Source of the DNA: Eledone cirrhosa
Lineage: Eukaryota
Direction of reading: 5' to 3'
DNA length: 64,000 bases
Assembly (NCBI GenBank): GCA_964016885.1
Contig: OZ024760.1
Location: 33,170,001-33,234,000, forward strand
This document shows, piece after piece, positions 40,401-56,410 of this stretch (position 1 is its first letter; each line of letters starts with the position of its first letter). Under the pieces are notes generated by a model. The model was given only the letters and a program-made list of their open reading frames with translations, made no database searches and was not told the origin of the DNA. Made by a program: the position numbers and the translations under genes.

Positions 40401-43400
40401 TACCAGTGAACTGAGGTAACACCCCTTATCTCAGCTTTACTACCAGTGAACTGAGGTAACACCCCTTATCTCAGCTTTACTACCAGTTAATGAGGTAACA
40501 CTCCTTATCTCAGCTTTACTACCAGTTAACTGGGGTAACACTCCTTATCTCAGCTTTACTACCAGTTAACAGAGGTATCACCCCTTATTTCAGCTTTACT
40601 ACCAGTTAACTGAGGTAACACTCCTTATCTCAGCTTTACTACCAGTTAACTGAGGTAACACCCCTTATCTCAGCTTTACTACCAGTTAACTGGGGTAACA
40701 TCCCTTATCTCAGCTTTACTACCAGTGAACTGAGGTAACACCCCTTATCTCAGCTTTACTACCAGTTAACTGAGGTAACACTCCTTATCTCAACTTTACT
40801 ACCAGTGAACTGAGGTAACACCCCTTATCTCAACTTTACTACCAGTGAACTGAGGTAACATCCCTTATCTCAGCTTTACTACCAGTGAACTGAGGTAACA
40901 CCCCTTATCTCAACTTTACTACCAGTTAACTGAGGTAACACCCCTTATCTCAGCTTTACTACCAGTTAACTGAGGTAACACTCCTTATCTCAGCTTTACT
41001 ACCAGTTAATTGAGGTAACACTCCTTATCTCAGCTTTACTACCAGTGAACTGAGGTAACACCCCTTATCTCAGCTTTACTACCAGTTAATGAGGTAACAC
41101 TCCTTATCTCAACTTTACTACCAGTGAACTGAGGTAACACCCCTTATCTCAAATTTACTACCAGTTAACTGAGGTAACACTCCTTATCTCAGCTTTACTA
41201 CCAGTTAACTGAGGTAACACTCCTTATCTCAGCTTTACTACCAGTTAACTGAGGTAACACCCCTTACCTCAGCATTACTACCAGTTAACTGAGGTAACAC
41301 CCCTTACCTCAGCTTTACTACCAGTTAACTGAGGTAACACCCCTTACCTCAGCGTTACTACCAGTTAACTGAGGTAACCCTCCTTATCTCAGCTTTACTA
41401 CCAGTTAACTGAGGTAACCCTCCTTATCTCAGCTTTACTACCAGTGAACTGAGGTAACACCCCTTATCTCAGCTTTACTACCAGTGAACTGAGGTAACAT
41501 CCCTTATCTCAGCTTTACTACCAGTGAACTGAGGTAACACCCCTTATCTCAGATTTACTACCAGTTAACTGAGGTAACATCCCTTATCTCAGCTTTACTA
41601 CCAGTTAACTGAGGTATCACCCCTTATCTCAACTTTACTACCAGTTAACTGAGGTAACACTCCTTATCTCAGCTTTACTACCAGTTAACTGAGGTAACAC
41701 TCCTTATCTCAGCTTTAATACCAGTTAACTGAGGTAACACCCCTTATATCAGCTTTAATACCAGTTAACTGAGGTAACACCCCTTATCTCAGCTTTAATA
41801 CCAGTTAACTGAGGTAACACCCCTTATCTCAGCTTTACTACCAGTTAACTGAGGTAACACCCCTTATCTCAGCTTTACTACCAGTTAACTGAGGTAACAC
41901 CCCTTATCTCAGCTTTAATACCAGTTAACTGAGGTAACACTCCTTATCTCAGCTTTACTACCAGTTAATGAGGTAACACTCCTTATCTCAACTTTACTAC
42001 CAGTGAACTGAGGTAACACCCCTTATCTCAACTTTACTACCAGTTAACTGAGGTAACACCCCTTATCTCAGCTTTACTATCAGTTAATTGAGGTAACACT
42101 CCTTATCTCAGCTTTACTACCAGTGAACTGAGGTAACACCCCTTATCTCAGCTTTACTACCAGTGAACTGAGGTAACACCCCTTATCTCAGCTTTACTAC
42201 CAGTTAATGAGGTAACACTCCTTATCTCAGCTTTACTACCAGTTAACTGGGGTAACACTCCTTATCTCAGCTTTACTACCAGTTAACAGAGGTATCACCC
42301 CTTATTTCAGCTTTACTACCAGTTAACTGAGGTAACACTCCTTATCTCAGCTTTACTACCAGTTAACTGAGGTAACACCCCTTATCTCAGCTTTACTACC
42401 AGTTAACTGGGGTAACATCCCTTATCTCAGCTTTACTACCAGTGAACTGAGGTAACACCCCTTATCTCAGCTTTACTACCAGTTAACTGAGGTAACACTC
42501 CTTATCTCAACTTTACTACCAGTGAACTGAGGTAACACCCCTTATCTCAACTTTACTACCAGTGAACTGAGGTAACATCCCTTATCTCAGCTTTACTACC
42601 AGTGAACTGAGGTAACACCCCTTATCTCAGCTTTACTACCAGTTAATTGAGGTAACACTCCTTATCTCAGCTTTACTACCAGTGAACTGAGGTAACACCC
42701 CTTATCTCAGCTTTACTACCAGTTAATGAGGTAACACTCCTTATCTCAACTTTACTACCAGTGAACTGAGGTAACACCCCTTATCTCAAATTTACTACCA
42801 GTTAACTGAGGTAACACTCCTTATCTCAGCTTTACTACCAGTTAACTGAGGTAACACTCCTTATCTCAGCTTTACTACCAGTTAACTGAGGTAACACCCC
42901 TTACCTCAGCATTACTACCAGTTAACTGAGGTAACACCCCTTACCTCAGCTTTACTACCAGTTAACTGAGGTAACACCCCTTACCTCAGCGTTACTACCA
43001 GTTAACTGAGGTAACCCTCCTTATCTCAGCTTTACTACCAGTTAACTGAGGTAACCCTCCTTATCTCAGCTTTACTACCAGTGAACTGAGGTAACACCCC
43101 TTATCTCAGCTTTACTACCAGTGAACTGAGGTAACATCCCTTATCTCAGCTTTACTACCAGTGAACTGAGGTAACACCCCTTATCTCAGATTTACTACCA
43201 GTTAACTGAGGTAACATCCCTTATCTCAGCTTTACTACCAGTTAACTGAGGTATCACCACTTATCTCAACTTTACTACCAGTTAACTGAGGTAACACTCC
43301 TTATCTCAGCTTTACTACCAGTTAACTGAGGTAACACTCCTTATCTCAGCTTTAATACCAGTTAACTGAGGTAACACCCCTTATATCAGCTTTAATACCA

Positions 43401-46320
43401 GTTAACTGAGGTAACACCCCTTATCTCAGCTTTAATACCAGTTAACTGAGGTAACACCCCTTATCTCAGCTTTACTACCAGTTAACTGAGGTAACACCCC
43501 TTATCTCAGCTTTACTACCAGTTAACTGAGGTAACACCCCTTATCTCAGCTTTAATACCAGTTAACTGAGGTAACACTCCTTATCTCAGCTTTACTACCA
43601 GTTAACTGAGGTAACACCCCTTATCTCAGCTTTACTACCAGTGAACTGAGGTAACACACCTTATCTCAGCTTTACTACCAGTTAACTGAGTTAACACTCC
43701 TTATCTCAGCTTTACTACCAGTTAATTGAGGTAACACTCCTTATCTCAGCTTTACTACCAGTGAACTGAGGTAACACCCCTTATCTCAGCTTTACTACCA
43801 GTTAATGAGGTAACACTCCTTATCTCAACTTTAATACCAGTTAACTGAGGTAACACCCCTTATCTCAGCTTTACTACCAGTGAACTGAGGTAACACACCT
43901 TATCTCAGCTTTACTACCAGTTAATTGAGGTAACACTCCTTATCTCAGCTTTACTACCAGTGAACTGAGGTAACACCCCTTATCTCAGCTTTACTACCAG
44001 TTAATGAGGTAACACTCCTTATCTCAACTTTACTACCAGTGAACTGAGGTAACACCCCTTATCTCAACTTTACTACAAGTGAACTGAGGTAACATCCCTT
44101 ATCTCAGCTTTACTACCAGTGAACTGAGGTAACACCCCTTATCTCAACTTTACTCCCAGTTAACTGAGGTAACACCCCTTATCTCAGCTTTACTACCAGT
44201 TAACTGAGGTAACACTCCTTATCTCAGCTTTACTACCAGTTAATTGAGGTAACACTCCTTATCTCAGCTTTACTACCAGTGAACTGAGGTAACACCCCTT
44301 ATCTCAGCTTTACTACCAGTTAATGAGGTAACACTCCTTATCTCAACTTTACTACCAGTGAACTGAGGTAACACCCCTTATCTCAACTTTACTACCAGTG
44401 AACTGAGGTAACATCCCTTATCTCAGCTTTACTACCAGTGAACTGAAGTAACACCCCTTATCTCAACTTTACTACCAGTTAACTGAGGTAACACTCCTTA
44501 TCTCAGCTTTACTACCAGTTAACTGAGGTAACACCCCTTACCTCAGCATTACTACCAGTTAACTGAGGTAACACCCCTTACCTCAGATTTACTACCAGTT
44601 AACTGAGGTAACACCCCTTACCTCAGCGTTACTACCAGTTAACTGAGGTAACCCTCCTTATCTCAGCTTTACTACCAGTTAACTGAGGTAACACCCCTTA
44701 TCTCAACTTTACTACCAGTGAACTGAGGTAACATCCCTTATCTCAGCTTTACTACCAGTGAACTGAGGTAACACCCCTTATCTCAACTTTACTACCAGTT
44801 AACTGAGGTAACACACCTTATCTCAGCTTTACTACCAGTTAACTGAGGTAACCCTCCTTATCTCAGCTTTACTACCAGTGAACTGAGGTAACACCCCTTA
44901 TCTCAGCTTTACTACCAGTTAATGAGGTAACACTCCTTATCTCAACTTTACTACCAGTGAACTGAGGTAACACCCCTTATCTCAACTTTACTACCAGTGA
45001 ACTGAGGTAACATCCCTTATCTCAGCTTTACTACCAGTGAACTGAGGTAACACCCCTTATCTCAGATTTACTACCAGTTAACTGAGGTAACATCCCTTAT
45101 CTCAGCTTTACTACCAGTTAACTGAGGTATCACCCCTTATCTCAACTTTACTACCAGTTAACTGAGGTAACACTCCTTATCTCAGCTTTACTACCAGTTA
45201 ACTGAGGTAACACTCCTTATCTCAGCTTTAATACCAGTTAACTGAGGTAACACCCCTTATATCAGCTTTAATACCAGTTAACTGAGGTAACACCCCTTAT
45301 CTCAGCTTTAATACCAGTTAACTGAGGTAACACCCCTTATCTCAGCTTTACTACCAGTTAACTGAGGTAACACCCCTTATCTCAGCTTTAATACCAGTTA
45401 ACTGAGGTAACACTCCTTATCTCAGCTTTACTACCAGTTAACTGAGGTAACACCCCTTATCTCAGCTTTACTAACAGTGAACTGAGGTAACACACCTTAT
45501 CTCAGCTTTACTACCAGTTAACTGAGGTAACACTCCTTATCTCAGCTTTACTACCAGTTAATTGAGGTAGCACTCCTTATCTCAGCTTTACTACCAGTGA
45601 ACTGAGGTAACACCCCTTATCTCAGCTTTACTACCAGTTAATGAGGTAACACTCCTTATCTCAACTTTACTACCAGTGAACTGAGGTAACACCCCTTATC
45701 TCAACTTTACTACCAGTGAACTGAGGTAACATCCCTTATCTCAGCTTTACTACCAGTGAACTGAGGTAACACCCCTTATCTCAACTTTACTACCAGTTAA
45801 CTGAGGTAACACCCCTTATCTCAGCTTTACTACCAGTTAACTGAGGTAACACTCCTTATCTCAGCTTTACTACCAGTTAATTGAGGTAACACTCCTTATC
45901 TCAGCTTTACTACCAGTGAACTGAGGTAACACCCCTTATCTCAGCTTTACTACCAGTTAATGAGGTAACACTCCTTATCTCAACTTTACTACCAGTGAAC
46001 TGAGGTAACACCCCTTATCTCAACTTTACTACCAGTGAACTGAGGTAACATCCCTTATCTCAGCTTTACTACCAGTGAACTGAGGTAACACCCCTTATCT
46101 CAACTTTACTACCAGTTAACTGAGGTAACACTCCTTATCTCAGCTTTACTACCAGTTAACTGAGGTAACACTCCTTATCTCAGCTTTACTACCAGTTAAC
46201 TGAGGTAACACCCCTTACCTCAGCATTACTACCAGTTAACTGAGGTAACACCCCTTACCTCAGCTTTACTACCAGTTAACTGAGGTAACACCCCTTACCT
46301 CAGCGTTACTACCAGTTAAC
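37450..46320 (+). repeat. Variable higher-order repeat, ~6 copies of 1.48-1.68 kb
   Basis: The CAGCATTAC...CAGCGTTAC cassette recurs, with CAGCGT at 38195, 39673, 41350, 42987, 44624, 46301 (spacings 1478, 1677, 1637, 1637, 1677). Confidence 0.85.
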
Positions 46321-47770
46321 TGAGGTAACACACCTTATCTCAGCTCTACTACCAGTTAACTGAGGTAACACTCCTTATCTCAGCTTTACTACCATTTAAC
46401 TGGGGTAACATCCCTTATCTCAGCCTTACTCCCAGTTAACTGAGGTAACATCTCTTACCTCAGCTTTACTACCAGTGAACTGAGGTAACACCCCTTATCT
46501 CAGCTTTACTAGCAGTTAACTGAGGTAACATCCCTTATCTCAGCTTTACTACCAGTGAACTGAGGTAACACCCCTTATCTCAGCTTTACTACCAGTGAAC
46601 TGAGGTAACACCCCTTATCTCAGCTTTACTACCAGTTAACTGAGGTAACACTCCTTATCTCAGCTTTACTACCAGTTAACTGAGGTAACACTCTTTATCT
46701 CGGCTTTACTACCAGTGAACTGAGGTAACACCCCTTATCTCAGCTTTACTACCAGTTAACTGAGGTAACACTCCTTATCTCAGCTTTACTACCAGTGAAC
46801 CGAGGTAACACCCCTTATCTCAGCTTTACTACCAGTTAACTGAGATAACACTCCTTATCTCAGCTTTACTACCAGTGAACTGAGGTAACACCCCTTATCT
46901 CAGCTTTACTACCAGTGAACTGAGGTAACACCCCTTATCTCAGCTTTACTCCCAGTTAACTGAGGTAACATCTCTTGCCTCAACTTTACTACCAGTTAAC
47001 TGAGGTAACACCCCTTACCTCAGCTTTACTACCAGTTAACTGAGGTAACACCCCTTACCTCAGCGTTACTACCAGTTAACTGAGGTAACACACCTTATCT
47101 CAGCTCTACTACCAGTTAACTGAGGTAACACTCCTTATCTCAGCTTTACTACCATTTAACTGGGGTAACATCCCTTATCTCAGCCTTACTCCCAGTTAAC
47201 TGAGGTAATATCTCTTACCTCAACTTTACTACCAGTGAACTGAGGTAACACCCCTTATCTCAGCTTTACTACCAGTTAACTGAGGTAACATCCCTTATCT
47301 CAGCTTTACTACCAGTGAACTGAGGTAACACCCCTTATCTCAGCTTTACTACCAGTGAACTGAGGTAACACCCCTTATCTCAGCTTTACTACCAGTTAAC
47401 TGAGGTAACACTCCTTATCTCAGCTTTACTACCAGTTAACTGAGGTAACACTCTTTATTTCGGCTTTACTACCAGTGAACTGAGGTAACACCCCTTATCT
47501 CAGCTTTACTACCAGTTAACTGAGGTAACACTCCTTATCTCAGCTTTACTACCAGTGAACTGAGGTAACACCCCTTATCTCAGCTTTACTACCAGTTAAC
47601 TGAGATAACACTCCTTATCTCAGCTTTACTACCAGTGAACTGAGGTAACACCCCTTATCTCAGCTTTACTACCAGTGAACTGAGGTAACACCCCTTATCT
47701 CAGCTTTACTCCCAGTTAACTGAGGTAACATCTCTTGCCTCAACTTTACTACCAGTTAACTGAGGTAACA
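46230..47770 (+). repeat. Tandem duplication, 760-bp unit (19 monomers), 2 copies
   Basis: CAGCGTTAC 46301/47061; CAGCTCTAC 46341/47101; TCTCTTGCCT 46971/47731. Confidence 0.9.
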
Positions 47771-49499
47771 CTCCTTATCTCAGCTTTACTACCAGTGAAC
47801 TCAGGTAACACCCCTTATCTCAGCTTTACTCCCAGTAAACTGAGGTAACACCCCTTATCTCAGCTTCACTACCAGTTAACTGAGGTAACACCCCTTATCT
47901 CAGCTTTACTACCAGTGAACTGAGGTAACACGCCTTATCTCAGATTTACTACCAGTTAACTGAGGTAACATCCCTTATCTCAGCTTTACTACCAGTTAAC
48001 TGAGGTAACACCCCTTATCTCAGCTTTACTACCAGTTAACTGAGGTAACACCCCTTATCTCAGCTTTACTACCAGTGAACTGAGGTAACATCCCTTATCT
48101 CAGCTTTACTACCAGTGAACTGAGGTAACACCCCTTATCTCAGCTTTACTACCAGTGAACTGAGGTAACATCCCTTATCTCAGCTTTACTACCAGTGAAC
48201 TGAGGTAACATCCCTTATCTCAGCTTTACTACCAGTGAACTGAGTTAACCCTCCTTATCTCAGCTTTACTACCAGTGAACTGAGGTAACCCTCCTTATCT
48301 CAGCTTTACTACCAGTTAACTGAGGTAACCCTCCTTATCTCAGCTTTACTACCAGTGAACTGAGGTAACACCCCTTATCTCAGCTTTACTACCAGTGAAC
48401 TGAGGTAACATCCCTTATCTCAGCTTTACTACCAGTGAACTGAGGTAACACCCCTTATCTCAGATTTACTACCAGTTAACTGAGGTAACATCCCTTATCT
48501 CAGCTTTACTACCAGTTAACTGAGGTATCACCCCTTATCTCAACTTTACTACCAGTTAACTGAGGTAACACTCCTTATCTCAGCTTTACTACCAGTTAAC
48601 TGAGGTAACACTCCTTATCTCAGCTTTAATACCAGTTAACTGAGGTAACACCCCTTATATCAGCTTTAATACCAGTTAACTGAGGTAACACCCCTTATCT
48701 CAGCTTTAATACCAGTTAACTGAGGTAACACCCCTTATCTCAGCTTTACTACCAGTTAACTGAGGTAACACCCCTTATCTCAGCTTTACTACCAGTTAAC
48801 TGAGGTAACACCCCTTATCTCAGCTTTAATACCAGTTAACTGAGGTAACACCCCTTATCTCAGCTTTAATACCAGTTAACTGAGGTAACACCCCTTATCT
48901 CAGCTTTACTACCAGTGAACTGAGGTAACACACCTTATCTCAGCTTTACTACCAGTTAACTGAGGTATCACCCCTTATCTCAGCTTTACTACCAGTTAAC
49001 TGAGGTAACACTCCTTATCTCAGCTTTACTACCATTTAACTGAGGTAACACCCCTTATCTCAGCTTTACTACCAGTTAACTGGGGTAACATCCCTTATCT
49101 CAGCTTTACTACCAGTGAACTGAGGTAACACCCCTTATCTCAGCTTTACTACCAGTTAACTGAGGTAACACTCCTTATCTCAGCTTTACTACCAGTTAAC
49201 TGAGGTAACACCCCTTACCTCAGCTTTACTACCAGTTAACTGAGGTAACACCCCTTATCTCAGCTTTACTACCAGTTAACAGAGGTAACATCCCTTATCT
49301 CAGCTTTACTACCAGTGAACTGGGGTAACACCCCTTATCTCAGCTTTACTACCAGTGAACTGAGGTAACACCCCTTATCTCAGCTTTACTACCAGTTAAC
49401 TGAGGTAACACCCCTTATCTCAGCTTTACTACCAGTGAACTGGGGTAACACCCCTTATCTCAGATTTACAACCAGTTAACTGAGGTAACACCCCTTATC

Positions 49500-52400
49500 T
49501 CAGCTTTGCTACCAGTGAACTGAGGTAACACTCCTTATCTCAACTTTACTACCAGTTAACAGAGGTAACACCCCTTATCTCAGCTTTACTACCAGTTAAC
49601 TGTGGTAACATCCCTTATCTCAGCTTTACTACCAGTTAACTGAGGTAACACCCCTTATCTCAGCTTTACTACCAGTGAACTGAGGTAACACCCCTTATCT
49701 CAGCTTTACTACCAGTTAACTGAGGTAACACCCCTTATCTCAGCTTTACTACCAGTTAACTGAGGTAACATCCCTTATCTCAGCTTTACTACCAGTTAAC
49801 TGAGGTAACACCCCTTATCTCAGCTTTACTACCAGTGAACTGAGGTAACACTCCTTATCTCAGCTTTACTACCAGTGAACTGAGGTAACACTCCTTATCT
49901 CAGCTTTACTACCAGTTAACTGAGGTAACACCCCTTATCTCAGCTTTACTACCAGTTAACTGAGGTAACATCCCTTATCTCAGCTTTACTACCAGTTAAC
50001 TGAGGTAACACCCCTTATCTCAGCTTTACTACCAGTTAACTGAGGTAACACCCCTTATCTCAACTTTACTACCAGTTAACTGAGGTAACACCCCTTATCT
50101 CAGCTTTACTACCAGTTAATTGAGGTAACATCCCTTATCCCAGCTTTACTACCAGTTAACTGAGGTAACACCCCTTATCTCAGCTTTACTACCAGTTAAC
50201 TGAGGTAACACCCCTTATCTCAGCTTTACTACCAGTTAACTGAGGTAACACTCCTTATCTCAGCTTTACTACCAGTTAATTGAGGTAACACTCCTTATCT
50301 CAGCTTTACTACCAGTGAACTGAGGTAACACCCCTTATCTCAGCTTTACTACCAGTTAATGAGGTAACACTCCTTATCTCAACTTTACTACCAGTTAATG
50401 AGGTAACACTCCTTATCTCAGCTTTACTACCAGTTAACTGGGGTAACACTCCTTATCTCAGCTTTACTACCAGTTAACAGAGGTATCACCCCTTATCTCA
50501 GCTTTAATACCAGTTAACTGAGGTAACACTCCTTATCTCAGCTTTACTACCAGTGAACTGAGGTAACACCCCTTATCTCAACTTTACTACCAGTGAACTG
50601 AGGTAACATCCCTTATCTCAGCTTTACTACCAGTGAACTGAGGTAACACCCCTTATCTCAACTTTACTACCAGTTAACTGAGGTAACACCCCTTATCTCA
50701 GCTTTACTACCAGTTAATTGAGGTAACACTCCTTATCTCAGCTTTACTACCAGTGAACTGAGGTAACACCCCTTATCTCAGCTTTACTACCAGTGAACTG
50801 AGGTAACACCCCTTATCTCAGCTTTACTACCAGTTAATGAGGTAACACCCCTTATCTCAGCTTTAATACCAGTTAACTGAGGTAACACCCCTTATCTCAG
50901 CTTTACTACCAGTGAACTGAGGTAACACACCTTATCTCAGCTTTACTACCAGTTAACTGAGGTAACACCCCTTATCTCAGCTTTACTACCAGTGAACTGA
51001 GGTAACACACCTTATCTCAGCTTTACTAACAGTTAACTGAGGTAACATCCCTTATATCAGAATTACTACCAGTTAACAGAGGTATCACCCCTTATCTCAG
51101 CTTTACTACCAGTTAACTGAGGTAACACTCCTTATCTCAGCTTTACTACCAGTTAACTGAGGTAACACCCCTTATCTCAGCTTTACTACCAGTTAACTGG
51201 GGTAACATCCCTTATCTCAGCTTTACTACCAGTGAACTGAGGTAACACCCCTTATCTCAGCTTTACTACCAGTTAACTGAGGTAACACTCCTTATCTCAG
51301 CTTTACTACCAGTGAACTGAGGTAACACCCCATATCTCAACTTTACTACCAGTGAACTGAGGTAACATCCCTTATCTCAGCTTTACTACCAGTGAACTGA
51401 GGTAACACCCCTTATCTCAACTTTACTACCAGTTAACTGAGGTAACACCCCTTATCTCAGCTTTACTACCAGTTAATTGAGGTAACACTCCTTATCTCAG
51501 CTTTACTACCAGTGAACTGAGGTAACACCCCTTATCTCAGCTTTACTACCAGTGAACTGAGGTAACACCCCTTATCTCAGCTTTACTACCAGTTAATGAG
51601 GTAACACTCCTTATCTCAGCTTTACTACCAGTTAACTGGGGTAACACTCCTTATCTCAGCTTTACTACCAGTTAACAGAGGTATCACCCCTTATCTCAGC
51701 TTTACTACCAGTTAACTGAGGTAACACTCCTTATCTCAGCTTTACTACCAGTTAACTGAGGTAACACCCCTTATCTCAGCTTTACTACCAGTTAACTGGG
51801 GTAACATCCCTTATCTCAGCTTTGCTACCAGTGAACTGAGGTAACACTCCTTATCTCAACTTTACTACCAGTTAACAGAGGTAACACCCCTTATCTCAGC
51901 TTTACTACCAGTTAACTGTGGTAACATCCCTTATCTCAGCTTTACTACCAGTTAACTGAGGTAACACCCCTTATCTCAGCTTTACTACCAGTGAACTGAG
52001 GTAACACCCCTTATCTCAGCTTTACTACCAGTTAACTGAGGTAACACCCCTTATCTCAGCTTTACTACCAGTTAACTGAGGTAACATCCCTTATCTCAGC
52101 TTTACTACCAGTTAACTGAGGTAACACCCCTTATCTCAGCTTTACTACCAGTGAACTGAGGTAACACTCCTTATCTCAGCTTTACTACCAGTGAACTGAG
52201 GTAACACTCCTTATCTCAGCTTTACTACCAGTTAACTGAGGTAACACCCCTTATCTCAGCTTTACTACCAGTTAACTGAGGTAACATCCCTTATCTCAGC
52301 TTTACTACCAGTTAACTGAGGTAACACCCCTTATCTCAGCTTTACTACCAGTTAACTGAGGTAACACCCCTTATCTCAACTTTACTACCAGTTAACTGAG

Positions 52401-55400
52401 GTAACACCCCTTATCTCAGCTTTACTACCAGTTAATTGAGGTAACATCCCTTATCCCAGCTTTACTACCAGTTAACTGAGGTAACACCCCTTATCTCAGC
52501 TTTACTACCAGTTAACTGAGGTAACACCCCTTATCTCAGCTTTACTACCAGTTAACTGAGGTAACACTCCTTATCTCAGCTTTACTACCAGTTAATTGAG
52601 GTAACACTCCTTATCTCAGCTTTACTACCAGTGAACTGAGGTAACACCCCTTATCTCAGCTTTACTACCAGTTAATGAGGTAACACTCCTTATCTCAACT
52701 TTACTACCAGTTAATGAGGTAACACTCCTTATCTCAGCTTTACTACCAGTTAACTGGTGTAACACTCCTTATCTCAGCTTTACTACCAGTTAACAGAGGT
52801 ATCACCCCTTATCTCAGCTTTAATACCAGTTAACTGAGGTAACACTCCTTATCTCAGCTTTACTACCAGTGAACTGAGGTAACACCCCTTATCTCAACTT
52901 TACTACCAGTGAACTGAGGTAACATCCCTTATCTCAGCTTTACTACCAGTGAACTGAGGTAACACCCCTTATCTCAACTTTACTACCAGTTAACTGAGGT
53001 AACACCCCTTATCTCAGCTTTACTACCAGTTAATTGAGGTAACACTCCTTATCTCAGCTTTACTACCAGTGAACTGAGGTAACACCCCTTATCTCAGCTT
53101 TACTACCAGTGAACTGAGGTAACACCCCTTATCTCAGCTTTACTACCAGTTAATGAGGTAACACCCCTTATCTCAGCTTTAATACCAGTTAACTGAGGTA
53201 ACACCCCTTATCTCAGCTTTACTACCAGTGAACTGAGGTAACACACCTTATCTCAGCTTTACTACCAGTTAACTGAGGTAACACCCCTTATCTCAGCTTT
53301 ACTACCAGTGAACTGAGGTAACACACCTTATCTCAGCTTTACTAACAGTTAACTGAGGTAACATCCCTTATATCAGAATTACTACCAGTTAACAGAGGTA
53401 TCACCCCTTATCTCAGCTTTACTACCAGTTAACTGAGGTAACACTCCTTATCTCAGCTTTACTACCAGTTAACTGAGGTAACACCCCTTATCTCAGCTTT
53501 ACTACCAGTTAACTGGGGTAACATCCCTTATCTCAGCTTTACTACCAGTGAACTGGGGTAACACCCCTTATCTCAGCTTTACTACCAGTTAACTGAGGTA
53601 ACACTCCTTATCTCAGCTTTACTACCAGTGAACTGAGGTAACACCCCATATCTCAACTTTACTACCAGTGAACTGAGGTAACATCCCTTATCTCAGCTTT
53701 ACTACCAGTGAACTGAGGTAACACCCCTTATCTCAACTTTACTACCAGTTAACTGAGGTAACACCCCTTATCTCAGCTTTACTACCAGTTAATTGAGGTA
53801 ACACTCCTTATCTCAGCTTTACTACCAGTGAACTGAGGTAACACCCCTTATCTCAGCTTTACTACCAGTGAACTGAGGTAACACCCCTTATCTCAGCTTT
53901 ACTACCAGTTAATGAGGTAACACTCCTTATCTCAGCTTTACTACCAGTTAACTGGGGTAACACTCCTTATCTCAGCTTTACTACCAGTTAACAGAGGTAT
54001 CACCCCTTATCTCAGCTTTACTACCAGTTAACTGAGGTAACACTCCTTATCTCAGCTTTACTACCAGTTAACTGAGGTAACACCCCTTATCTCAGCTTTA
54101 CTACCAGTTAACTGGGGTAACATCCCTTATCTCAGCTTTGCTACCAGTGAACTGAGGTAACACTCCTTATCTCAACTTTACTACCAGTTAACAGAGGTAA
54201 CACCCCTTATCTCAGCTTTACTACCAGTTAACTGTGGTAACATCCCTTATCTCAGCTTTACTACCAGTTAACTGAGGTAACACCCCTTATCTCAGCTTTA
54301 CTACCAGTGAACTGAGGTAACACCCCTTATCTCAGCTTTACTACCAGTTAACTGAGGTAACACCCCTTATCTCAGCTTTACTACCAGTTAACTGAGGTAA
54401 CATCCCTTATCTCAGCTTTACTACCAGTTAACTGAGGTAACACCCCTTATCTCAGCTTTACTACCAGTGAACTGAGGTAACACTCCTTATCTCAGCTTTA
54501 CTACCAGTGAACTGAGGTAACACTCCTTATCTCAGCTTTACTACCAGTTAACTGAGGTAACACCCCTTATCTCAGCTTTACTACCAGTTAACTGAGGTAA
54601 CATCCCTTATCTCAGCTTTACTACCAGTTAACTGAGGTAACACCCCTTATCTCAGCTTTACTACCAGTTAACTGAGGTAACACCCCTTATCTCAACTTTA
54701 CTACCAGTTAACTGAGGTAACACCCCTTATCTCAGCTTTACTACCAGTTAATTGAGGTAACATCCCTTATCCCAGCTTTACTACCAGTTAACTGAGGTAA
54801 CACCCCTTATCTCAGCTTTACTACCAGTTAACTGAGGTAACACCCCTTATCTCAGCTTTACTACCAGTTAACTGAGGTAACACTCCTTATCTCAGCTTTA
54901 CTACCAGTTAATTGAGGTAACACTCCTTATCTCAGCTTTACTACCAGTGAACTGAGGTAACACCCCTTATCTCAGCTTTACTACCAGTTAATGAGGTAAC
55001 ACTCCTTATCTCAACTTTACTACCAGTTAATGAGGTAACACTCCTTATCTCAGCTTTACTACCAGTTAACTGGGGTAACACTCCTTATCTCAGCTTTACT
55101 ACCAGTTAACAGAGGTATCACCCCTTATCTCAGCTTTAATACCAGTTAACTGAGGTAACACTCCTTATCTCAGCTTTACTACCAGTGAACTGAGGTAACA
55201 CCCCTTATCTCAACTTTACTACCAGTGAACTGAGGTAACATCCCTTATCTCAGCTTTACTACCAGTGAACTGAGGTAACACCCCTTATCTCAACTTTACT
55301 ACCAGTTAACTGAGGTAACACCCCTTATCTCAGCTTTACTACCAGTTAATTGAGGTAACACTCCTTATCTCAGCTTTACTACCAGTGAACTGAGGTAACA

Positions 55401-56410
55401 CCCCTTATCTCAGCTTTACTACCAGTGAACTGAGGTAACACCCCTTATCTCAGCTTTACTACCAGTTAATGAGGTAACACCCCTTATCTCAGCTTTAATA
55501 CCAGTTAACTGAGGTAACACCCCTTATCTCAGCTTTACTACCAGTGAACTGAGGTAACACACCTTATCTCAGCTTTACTACCAGTTAACTGAGGTAACAC
55601 CCCTTATCTCAGCTTTACTACCAGTGAACTGAGGTAACACACCTTATCTCAGCTTTACTAACAGTTAACTGAGGTAACATCCCTTATATCAGAATTACTA
55701 CCAGTTAACAGAGGTATCACCCCTTATCTCAGCTTTACTACCAGTTAACTGAGGTAACACTCCTTATCTCAGCTTTACTACCAGTTAACTGAGGTAACAC
55801 CCCTTATCTCAGCTTTACTACCAGTTAACTGGGGTAACATCCCTTATCTCAGCTTTACTACCAGTGAACTGAGGTAACACCCCTTATCTCAGCTTTACTA
55901 CCAGTTAACTGAGGTAACACTCCTTATCTCAGCTTTACTACCAGTGAACTGAGGTAACACCCCTTATCTCAACTTTACTACCAGTGAACTGAGGTAACAT
56001 CCCTTATCTCAACTTTACTACCAGTTAACTGAGGTAACACCCCTTATCTCAGCTTTACTACCAGTTAATTGAGGTAACACTCCTTATCTCAGCTTTACTA
56101 CCAGTGAACTGAGGTAACACCCCTTATCTCAGCTTTACTACCAGTGAACTGAGGTAACACCCCTTATCTCAGCTTTACTACCAGTTAATGAGGTAACACT
56201 CCTTATCTCAGCTTTACTACCAGTTAACTGGGGTAACACTCCTTATCTCAGCTTTACTACCAGTTAACAGAGGTATCACCCCTTATCTCAGCTTTACTAC
56301 CAGTTAACTGAGGTAACACTCCTTATCTCAGCTTTACTACCAGTTAACTGAGGTAACACCCCTTATCTCAGCTTTACTACCAGTTAACTGGGGTAACATC
56401 CCTTATCTCA
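49500..56410 (+). repeat. Three-copy higher-order repeat, 2316-bp unit (58 monomers, four of them 39 bp)
   Basis: TGTGG 49601/51917/54233; AGAATT 51059/53375/55691. The third copy lacks one monomer near 56000. Confidence 0.92.
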
